Shown in pieces: positions 36,739-46,863 of a stretch of 64,000 nucleotides of DNA; within the stretch, counting starts at the first letter, position 1; the number at the start of each line of letters is the position of its first letter. The translations under genes and the position numbers were made by a program. The notes under the pieces were generated by a model. That model did not search any database, was not told where the DNA came from, and was given only the letters and a program-made list of their open reading frames with translations. The stretch comes from Adineta vaga. Its lineage: Eukaryota; Animalia; Rotifera. The DNA lies in NCBI GenBank assembly GCA_021613535.1, contig CP075496.1, positions 5,766,001 to 5,830,000 of the forward strand. The letters run 5' to 3'.

Positions 36739-38636
36739 ATTCAATCTAATCAAATGAATAAGCATATGTGTTTATTTGAATGTATATATATACGTACATA
36801 AATATCTTCATTAGAGAACTCAGAAGAGCAGAATAATCAATCGACTTACCACATTATAAAATTGTTTTTATTAACTGAAAAGAGATATCTAATGGACTTT
36901 TCTATGTGCGAATATATAGATTTCTTTTGATGTTAAATGCTTACTGAATAGACAGAACGAAAAAAAAAACGGTCGGAACACTTTTTGAATAATTTCAAGC
37001 AGTAACAGCTTTTTCTTTCTTTATCGAAAAAAAAGAAAGATCAAAGAGATTTATTGACAAATGATCATCGTACATTTTCTCATGACGAACAATTCGTATG
37101 AAAAGAGAAAATTTTTCGAAAATCAAGATGTCATCATCATTATTTCTAATGATGATATGTTAAGAGTGCTATATCTGATATCTTCAAGAGATCAATATGA
37201 CACGGTTTGCGCTACTTCGAAAAAATAAAAAGAATGATAAACATATTCATTTATTGATACATGTCAATTGCCTCTTCAATCTAATCAGCTCTTGATATCG
37301 AACATTTGGTTTTGTTTTTGTCGAGAAAAGTATCAGCGTTGATTTGTTTAAGAATTATCTCAACGGATGGAGAATATGTCGTGAGAGACGATTAACACAC
37401 GGAAGAAATGAAATTCAATTAGAAAATCGAAGTGAGAAAGATAAAAAAAATTGAATGAGTTTTCTATGTTGTTCAAATAAAATTATCGCTTTCAATGTGA
37501 TGATTTCGTTTACAGATAAAACATTTGTCTTGCACTTATCAGATCGATAGATTACTTTCTGTATACATTATGTCTCAAATAGAGGAGGTTATGGATGATT
37601 GAATTTTGTTACAAGATGTCAGAGAAGAAGTGTGAAAAGATACTTTTAGAAATTGATCGAATGTCTATGAAAACATTCTGCGATTTTATCTAAGTTTGAT
37701 TGACGAACTATGATCTATCTAATCTTTGTCTAAAAGTATGAAGATACATTTCAATATTGATGATTTGCAAAAGAAGAGTATACATCATTGTTATTGCTCA
37801 AGTGGTGACGAATATAGAAAGAATTCATAAAACAATACATGAGCAGGCGTGTGAAAAATCGAGAATTGTAAACTATGGTACACATAAGAATTGATTTCGT
37901 CACCTACTTAACGAAAGATTAATTTCAAGAAAATGATAATCAGCTCATTTCAATATTTATCAATATTATTGATTTGTACGTTTAGAAAAGAAGACGGAAA
38001 TTTTATTCTAAGGAATATAGAATCAATGTATATTAAATAGAGAACTTACCCCTCGTTGTATGTTCTTTTCTTTGAATTCTGATAGTTTGTCATTGTTAAA
38101 TCGAACTATCTATTTATTTCCACACGTTCTCATTTACACTGTAAAACAGACGTAGACAAAACTTTATTTTCTCTCTCTCTTTCTCTGTCATTCACTCGGC
38201 TTTTCCTCACATTTATGCCAGTGGCATTTCACCACTTGAACAACCGAATTTCCTTCTTAACATCATGACTGACGCGTGCTGCCGTCAATATATTTGATAA
38301 AATAAAAAAGAAGGCGAAGAAGAAGAAAAAGAGTACTTGATTAGATTGTCTATAGCGGATCATATTCAATTTCTGATACTTCCTGTTAAGCATCGTCTTA
38401 CAGAAATTAGAAGGCAATTATTTTCCCATTAATCGAATATGAATCTTCTTACTTGTAGGAGAAATTCTATTGCATGTAAAGATTTTCTTCAAATCGTTCA
38501 ATCATAGATAGAATATGGCTGAAATAAAGATGGCTCGAGGGATGGAGGAGATGAAGCGAGAGAAAGAAAAATAATTAAGTACATTATTGCCTCAAACAAA
38601 GGCGTGTCTTCCGGTCTGGCATAATAAAAACTAGAC

Positions 38637-38664
38637 GAATGAATGAATGAATGAATGAATGAAT
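38637..38664. repeat. (GAAT)7 microsatellite in the region between the Axin 5' end and the TAF12-like cluster
   Basis: Directly visible. Confidence 0.9.
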
Positions 38665-39461
38665 CGAAGAAAACGCGAGAGAGAGAAAGGAAGACAGAAG
38701 GCGGAGTAAGCAAGAGTGAGAATGTTGCATTACGTCAAATGAAATATAGCATGTCTTACATGCGCATGAATAATTCAATAGATAGATAAAAGAGAATAGT
38801 TAACTTACTTTTTTGATAGTTGTTGTAACAATGACATGGTAAATTTTTTAATAAATATCTAGAATATAACTGATTTCATCTATTATTCATATTTCTTTTA
38901 AGAATAGATATTCAATAATCCATGTCTTTTTTTTTCTTCATTAGTTTATCAATAAAACATAGTTAATAAGAGAAAAAAATCACTTTTTTCTTAATCATAC
39001 AAGAATTCTTTCCGTTGAACGAAAAGTATCTTGGTCAGTATCAGTGAGACTTGTTCAAAATATTTTTGATTTATCAAACATAGTCAAGTAAACTTAAATG
39101 ATAGTCCGATCGATATTTAGAACATGAACAAACAGAACTTCTTACCATAAGTTAATCTTACAATATCTCTGAATGATATGGATATGAAGTGAACTATTTC
39201 CTGGTCATGTCTAAGGAAAGACTTTTTCATCCATTTAATCAATGGGACTGTCCTGTGATGGATATCACTCAATAAAGGATAACCGTTTTTTCTTTCTTTC
39301 TTAATCATCTTCTGATAGGTCGATTTTCATTCAATCAAAACAGTTCTTTCGTCCTTTTTAACGCAATATTTATCGTTTGTAGCGACAAATTTTTATTTAT
39401 AAACAATAAAAGATTGTTCGCTTGATCCATTCATTTATTCATTCATTTTCTTCGAACAAAG

Positions 39462-39755
39462 ATGACAACAAACAATCGTGAAGATCTTCCTTCAGCAGCT
39501 TTTTTTACTCGAATTCTTCTTCAATCAGGCCAATATTCATCATCACCAACACTTGAGTCTGATACAGAGAAATTACTTGTTAATTTTGCTACTTTATTTG
39601 CTCAACAATTAGTTTCCAAATCATCTGCTGCTGCTGTTGCTTCAAGACGTACACAAAAATCTACTTCTATTACTCTAAATGATGTTAATTTTGTTTTAAA
39701 ACATCAATGGCCTATTTATGATTCGTCTTCATACAATAAAATATCTCAAAACTGA
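39462..39755 (+). CDS. Small intronless histone-fold protein, TAF12-like
   Basis: LESDTEKLLVNFATLFAQQLVSKS.....RR..KSTSITLNDVNFVLKHQW matches the TAF12 histone fold (LDEDVEEMLLQIADDF..SVV..AC.LA.HRKS.TLEVKDVQLHLERQW). Confidence 0.65.
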   Translation: MTTNNREDLPSAAFFTRILLQSGQYSSSPTLESDTEKLLVNFATLFAQQLVSKSSAAAVASRRTQKSTSITLNDVNFVLKHQWPIYDSSSYNKISQN

Positions 39756-39790
39756 ATACATAATCCTTCTTTTTATCGATTATTTCAGAT

Positions 39791-40306
39791 ATGTCGCATC
39801 ATTATCGTATTAATGGATCAATGATCCAACAATTTAGTGGAAAACCAGTTAGCATTATTGGTACGGTTAGCAAGGTAAGACCAGCATTTTTGAATTTATA
39901 ATTCAGTAAAGAATAAAATGTAAAAATGTTTAGGTTCATCCATCAGGCGATGTACTTGATTTAGAAACAAGTGATAAACAACATATTGTTGTACGTTCAT
40001 CGGAACATATTGTATGTGAAAAGAAAGATTTTTGCGATTTTATTCGATAGAAATTGTATTTTTGAAGGCTGATATTAATCCTGGTAGTATTATTGAAGTA
40101 CTTGGAAATGTCGATAATCGAAATCAAATTATGTGTGACACAATTGTAGCATTCGAACCTGAACAAACGGCTAATTTTGGTAAAAATTACAAAATTAAAA
40201 AAAGCTTCTTCATGTCTTCTATAAAATCTATTTAGATATGGATATGTACAATCAAGCTGTTATGCTTTTTCAACATTATCCTCAAGACTATCTTGTTAAT
40301 CTTTAA
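39791..40306 (+). CDS. RPA3: Replication protein A 14 kDa subunit (4 exons)
   Basis: Spliced MSHHYRINGSMIQQFSGKPVSIIGTVSKVHPSG....LETSD...IIEVLGNV....ANFDMDMYNQAVMLFQHYPQ matches the RPA3 OB fold. Phases are consistent across the GT-AG introns. Confidence 0.88.
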
Positions 40307-40406
40307 TTCTTGTAGAAAAAAAGGAGCTTACACGTCAGATGTTTCTTATTGAATAAAAAAAAGTCAAGTTAGGAATTGATATATAGATATAAAGATTTTA
40401 TTTCAG

Positions 40407-41541
40407 ATGGCTAGTTCATTAATTCGACATTTTGCTCGACCGGTTTTAACAACAAGTAAAGGTAGAGTTCGAATGGAAAATCAAGACATCAATATTGATC
40501 AAGGTTTAATTTAGGATTTTTGTCTGCAGCTACACATCGAACTATTCCTTCAAGTTCGATTCTTCTTTTTCATCGCACTCAAGCAACAACACCACCAGGA
40601 CCAGCACCGACACCTAATGTTCCAGCTCGTAAGCTTTATTTTTCTATCATACAATGTTTCAAATCATTTTTTTTATATAGCGAGTCTTATTCGTGTGAAT
40701 GTTGAACAACGTAAAGCACTAGTTGATTTTGGTCAATATGTTGCTGAATGTTTACCACGTTTTGTACAACATGTACAAATGACATCAACAAATGAATTAG
40801 AAATTTTAATTCATCCAGATGGAATCTTTTCTGTTATCGCTTTTCTTAAAGATCATACAAATGCTCAATTTAGTTCATTAGCAGATATTACTGCAATTGA
40901 TGTACCTACACGAACTTATCGCTTTGAGGTATGTATTCTTATTGTTGAACACTATTGTCATTTTATTTATTTAGCTTGCCTACAATTTACTTTCATTACG
41001 TTTTAATTCACGTGTTCGTGTTAAAACATATACTGATGAAATAACACCAGTAGCTAGTATATGTGATATTTTCGACGCTGCTAATTGGATGGAACGAGAG
41101 GTTTGTGGAATAAATTCCTATAAAATTAAATTTATGATCATTACAATTGATTTATAGGTTTGGGATATGTATGGTATCTATTTTACTAATCATCCTGATC
41201 TACGTCGTATTTTGACTGATTATGGTTTCGAGGGTCATCCAATGCGAAAAGATTTTCCTTTACCAGGTTATACTGAAGTTCGATATGATGAAGAACAACG
41301 TCGTGTTGTAATTGAACCAATTGAATTAACACAAGATTATCGTAAATTTGATTTGAGTACACCATGGGAAACATTTCCTAAAGTAAGATTTACCAAATTG
41401 AATATTGAAATATAAAAACTAAATCTTTCTTCGATGATGTTTTAGTTTCGTAATCCTAATCATGATGATTCGAAGAAACGTCAAGAAGCAAAAACACCTG
41501 AACTTTCTCAACCGGTAGCTGCCAATGAAAATAAAAAATAA
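40407..41541 (+). CDS. NDUFS3: Complex I 30 kDa subunit
   Basis: [88 protein letters not shown]. Confidence 0.97.
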
Positions 41542-41726
41542 ATGAACGACTCCTACGTTCCTTTTTGCTTTCTTTTCCTGTACATAGGTGTCGTTTGTTT
41601 TTCTTCTATTCAGTTTCCATTTCAAACAATAAAATTATCTTAGCATCATCCCACAAGATTCATATCTTTTCACTTTAATACAACACAAAACCTCTGTATC
41701 TCTCTCTCTCTTACAGATATTTCAAG

Positions 41727-41981
41727 ATGTTAATATCAACAATTCTTCAAAGAACAGTTTTAAAGTCAACTTCATTGCCAATGATGTTTATTCGATCATA
41801 TAGAACAAAAGATATGTTACGTCGGCGATGTGCAGATTGTTATGTTGTTTGGCGTTATGGACGAATGTATATTGAATGTCCAAAATTTCCACGTCATAAA
41901 ACTGTGTCGAAATTTGCCAAAGAAAAAGGCTGGGGTTGGCTAGATTGGCGATTAGCACCCAAACTTGAACGAATCAAATAA
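41727..41981 (+). CDS. MRPL36: Mitochondrial ribosomal protein bL36m
   Basis: Basic transit-peptide-like N-terminus, then YRTKDMLRRRCADCYVVWRYGRMYIECPKFPRHK (L36 zinc ribbon C..C...C....H). Confidence 0.88.
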   Translation: MLISTILQRTVLKSTSLPMMFIRSYRTKDMLRRRCADCYVVWRYGRMYIECPKFPRHKTVSKFAKEKGWGWLDWRLAPKLERIK

Positions 41982-42960
41982 TGAATTTGTCAATTTTGTT
42001 ATTCGTTTTGTTTACTGATAGAATATCATAAAATAAACATTGTAGTCTAAACGATTGGATAAAATTGATAATTTTATTCTCAAATATAACGATCATGTCC
42101 GTGAAGATGATTTCTTGAGAATACGATGATTACTTTGGTCGTTTTTCTCATCTCCACATGTTTCTAACAAGTACAATAACAATCGCCATAGAAAGTTATG
42201 AGAAGAAAAAGTGATGACTGTCTAGCAAAAAAATTGTCTAATCAAAACATCATAAGAATGAATGAGATGAGTTCGCACGATGATATTAATGCTGTATGAA
42301 CTCTATCTGCAGGAGGTGGAGAAAAAAGAAAAAGACGAGAATCATTTGGAACAACGATATAAACTACTAGACTGTTGCAATCTCCACAGTCATTAATCAA
42401 ACAAATGATGAACCATTGTTTATAAGCGTGATTGCACACGTATGCAACTATTCATCATTTTACCATCAATTTACGAAAGAAAGAAAGAAAGAAGAGAACA
42501 CGCATAATCAATATATAACTTGTTAGTAGGATAATCTCATTGATGTCAAAGAGATGAGCATATATTCTCTAGTGTTAGATAGAAATCGACTTTCCATCAG
42601 TAAATGTCCCTGCTGTGACGTTTTATTGATATGATATTGGATAAATTTGTCCATTTGGTATTGTTTCATTTTCCATTTAACCATCTGTTGGATTATTCTC
42701 TTTTTGTTATTTGATCGATTCGAGGTGTGTGTGTGTGTGTGTATACGTTAAGAGAAAACCTTGTCTCGAAACATCATTGCTTGTTTTTCAATCAATCAAT
42801 CGCTTAGTCTTACGTCATTCTTTTTTTTTCTCTAGAAAAAATGCGACGAGGATGCTCATTTCGATATGGAATGAATCACATATGTGTATTAAGAATTCTT
42901 CTCTAGAACAGATTTATCAGGTGCTTGACATTTGATAGATTGATCTTCATTGTCATATCA

Positions 42961-43308
42961 ATGGTGGTCATTGATTGGCTTCAAACATCAGAATTTATTC
43001 GTGGTAAATCATTTCTTTTTTCAAAATATAAAGTCATTTCTCTTTTTGTTCCAGCAAATTCTGAACGTTTTATCCTATACTCTCTATGTGGATGTTTTAT
43101 TGGTATTGCAGTTATTTTCTTAACAATCATTGTTGTTCTTTTTATGGAACAACGTGAACAACACGTTGAAAAAAATGAAAAAATTAGAAATAATTATCAA
43201 GTGCCAAGAACTGATGATACGTATAATGATATTTTACCTTCAACACGTCCTTATCCATCTGTTTATCATTATAATGAAAGAAATCAAAATGAAATTTATC
43301 ATATTTAA
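42961..43308 (+). CDS. Small single-pass membrane protein with Tyr-containing cytoplasmic tail; 5' structure unresolved
   Basis: Hydrophobic FILYSLCGCFIGIAVIFLTIIVVLFM after an in-frame GTAAAT..TTCCAG intron (~43003-43053). No family recognised. Confidence 0.45.
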   Translation: MVVIDWLQTSEFIRGKSFLFSKYKVISLFVPANSERFILYSLCGCFIGIAVIFLTIIVVLFMEQREQHVEKNEKIRNNYQVPRTDDTYNDILPSTRPYPSVYHYNERNQNEIYHI

Positions 43309-44987
43309 TATGGAGATAGAAAATCTTCTATATACAACAGTCAACATCCGGTGATTATAGAATTTAATTATATAATCGCTATTTGGTATAATCAATGTTT
43401 TCAAATATTACAATTGATTTACTTCGAACAAATAGAGAATAAAGGGAAGCTCTTTTTGTCAAAATTTTTTTTTCTTAATAAATACATTCTTTATTGCACA
43501 ATTTCTGTTGCTTTTTGTTTTTTTTGTAATTGAACAAACGAGCTATCTATCGATCAATGATTACAGTTACTATGGAGTTTACTCTGTTGATAGGTATGAA
43601 GCACTCAGTTTCTTTTTCAAAATATTTTTCAAATCATTCATATGGATTCTCTGTTTATTACTGCACAGTTCAAATAAAGAATTATTGAATATATATGTTA
43701 TTTCAATGTACCTCTCTCTGTGTCGAAGATCAATTTTCTCACATCAATTTGAATCGACTGTTTCACTACGGTCTTGATCATACATGTATCCTTCGTGCAT
43801 CGTTGACTAAACGAAACGTATTCCTTGAGTTGCTCGTGTCAATTATCATAAATAGATTAGTGAATAATTGATTGATTCGTTGTAAAATACAAATATTTTT
43901 TTGTTTGCCACTATGAAATAATGAAACACATTCGAATACAAAAGACGAGAGAGAAAAGAAAAAAACCTAATTTTTTCTTCTTACACGTACTTCAACTTAA
44001 TGATGTTAACAAAATTTGAATAAAAAACGAAGGAAAGAGTAAGTGAAGGAAACAATAAGACTATCAAAAAGAAAAAAAAAGAAAGAAATGAGAAAATGAA
44101 CAAACATCAAAAGTCATTTCTATTCGTTGTAATGAAAATTGATCGTTGAAAGTAGTTTTAATCAAAAAAATATGATGATGGTTACAAATGAAATAGTCAT
44201 AGCAGATTCCTTGAATAAGATTTCATTGAATAAACAACAAATGATTGGAGCTGTTACAACAATTGAACAATGGAATCATTCTCAGGTAAGTGAATTTCGA
44301 TTGCATGGGTATATCGAGTATTTCTATCCATAGATACATGAGAAAATCAGCTGTTTGTAGATACGGTGTAATAGTTTAAATCATACAATTATTTTTCAAT
44401 GCGTTCGATTCTTGCTTAACGACAATGTTAAATACAAACCCTGAAGTTAAATTACCACTTAAGAGAAAGTTACTTTGACAAAATGTAGACGAAATTTCTA
44501 ATTGAATATTGTATTGATTGCGAATAATTGAAAAGAAAACACATTTAAACTTGAAGATCATAGACATTTCTAATATTCAATATTTGATCCACTTTATTTC
44601 TGTTTGTAGCGATGTCGATTTATCGAACGATTATTACCTTTATGTAGTACATATCAACTCGATATGTTATGGACAGTTTTACAAGTATCTTTGCATCGGG
44701 ATTATTTCTATACGGTTAAATCACATTATCCTGAGTATCATTTCAAACGAATTAGTACACCTAGTAGTCGAACACTTAAAGTATGAGAAAAGAAAAAAAA
44801 TCTTTCTTTTATAAAAATTTCTATACGTATATATATATACAAAAAAAAGGAATATCGTCATCGACGTTTGGATGGAGAAGAAAGCTTCTACCTAAGTAAC
44901 ATCGACGACCTTCAAGAATTTCGCGATGATGATGGTCTACCAAAAAAATCACAATCCGTATTTACACCGTAAGTCTGTTTTTTCTTG

Positions 44988-46392
44988 TTAAACTGTAGAT
45001 GCAATTCTTGGATCGAAATCTTCAACATTGTTGCATGGTTTTGGTATATCATAATGATTTTCTGTTGTCTGTAATTTCATTGATGGTATGGCTGTACCAA
45101 GTAATGCATCTAATTGTTCATCTGTAAAACAAGTTGTTGATTGCCGTGGATAATCATAATGTGAAGAATTCTCTCTTGGATTATAGGTTGAAGAACAATT
45201 TGTATTGTAGCCTGTTGTTGTTATTAAATCTGTATTACATCCGATTTTTTCTAAAACTCTTCGAATACTATTTGTACGTCGAAGTGAAGGACCATGTTGA
45301 GCACGATAGACTTCTGGATCGACACGAAAACAACCAAAAGTTTGCACTTTTTGTTTAACATGTACACGAGGTGGATCATATTGAACAATGATATTACGTT
45401 GTGTACATGGATTTCGATCTTTATTTTCTGCTCGTTGATAGACGACAGGTCGTTGAGGTGGCACTTTGTACGGTAACCATTTTTCAATGATAACTGGTCG
45501 TGGTTTAGCTGGTAAAGGTGGTTTACGTTTGATAACGACACGGCGCGGTGGTGTTGGAAGAGGTGGTAATTTTTTTGTAATAACTTTTGCTGGTTGATAT
45601 ACTGGCGGAGTTGGTGGTTGTTCTCGTACAATCATCGGTGATGGAGTTCGCGGTGGCAATGGCCTATGAAAAATGAAAAGAGTTTTTTCTTTAAATTTTG
45701 ATGGATATCACAAAAGGTTTTTACGGTGTTGCTGAAACAACAAGTGGTGGAGGATCAGCACACGGTGCTGATTGTATTTCACGAATAACAAGTGGTCCAG
45801 GTGGTGGTGGTGTAGGTGGTCTTAAATAACGAACACCTACTTTTTGTGTATAAACAACTTCTTTAGGATTATCACAATAGACAATTTCGGGATTAGGATC
45901 ACAATTGTATTCCATATTTGAACATTCTGTTGATAAATCCACTCGATTCAAATGTGGTTCTGATTTAGTACGATTTTGTAATGAATTATTGCGTTCATAA
46001 AATCGAACACGACGTGATCGTCTCATTTTTTCCAAACAACCACCACAATCTTCATTATCACTTGGTATACGTGGAATATTAATATGTTCAACGCTTGAAT
46101 GTTGATTATCTATTGATACAGATCGTTGTTTTCGATTTAATTCTTCTTGATGTCGATATTTGTCAGGAAAAAGTCGAGCAAATGCTGATTGTGGTCCACA
46201 GATAAGATTTCCACGTTTGATTGGATTTGTTTCCCAACTTACTGCCGTGGTCGTCATTGCATCACGTTTTTGATTTCTATTTCTATAACTGGGTTCTATT
46301 GTCTCTTCCAGTGAAGAGACGTTTTGTGTTTTGAGAAAATGCGTACGTTCATTATTATTAACATATTCATTTTTATAAATATTCGTGTTCAT
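44988..46392 (-). CDS. Pro/Val/Ile-rich uncharacterised protein (YLRPPTPPPPGP-type); intron 45664-45724
   Basis: Two 223-aa ORFs joined by a 61-nt phase-2 GT-AG intron. Repeated P-rich/beta-strand units such as PLVIRE, PMIVRE, RRVVIKR, PVIIEKWLPY. Confidence 0.8.
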
Positions 46393-46863
46393 TTTGAAAT
46401 TTCAAGGTGAAATTTTACTCACAAAGTAAAATATGATTAGAATAATTACCTTGAATATATATATATATGTATATGTATGTATCTGTATTGATCACTGTCT
46501 TCTTCTTGCCGATTCAAATGACCGAATCGTTTCGAGCAATTATTTAAATGATCGTCGACAATCAATTTATATGACCATGAGATAAATGAATGAAGGAATA
46601 TCATGTGTTTGTTTCGCTTCATTGATTATACAGTTTGAAGATAGGAAGATTTCCTTTGATTTCATTTTTGTAGTATATATGTATATAGATATTCAAAAGA
46701 TAAAATTTCAACATCGGTTCAATCATTAATACATAAGAAAACGAATGACAAAAATCGATCTACATATCAGTAAATGAAGTTGTCAATGTCAGACTTATTT
46801 TGATAATTCTTTTATTTATTCAGAAGTATTGATATAAATCTATTGAATGGACCAAAACCGAAA

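Larger units (their letters stand above)
39780..41720 (+). promoter_or_regulatory. Three unpaired 3' splice acceptors (AG at 39787-88, 40405-06, 41715-16), each shortly after an AATAAA (39735, 40352, 41628); candidate SL trans-splice sites
   Basis: TTATTTCAG|AT precedes both RPA3 and NDUFS3. A (CT)n-TACAG acceptor precedes MRPL36. The acceptors lie 0-10 nt before the ATGs. Confidence 0.6.

Noticed and set aside
44172-44340. Exon-like stretch MMMVTNE..TIEQWNHSQ|GTAAG, either a SAM-like start or a distant first exon of the FBXW gene
   Set aside because: The next acceptor leads to a stop within a few codons, and nothing links it to the FBXW gene. Unsupported.
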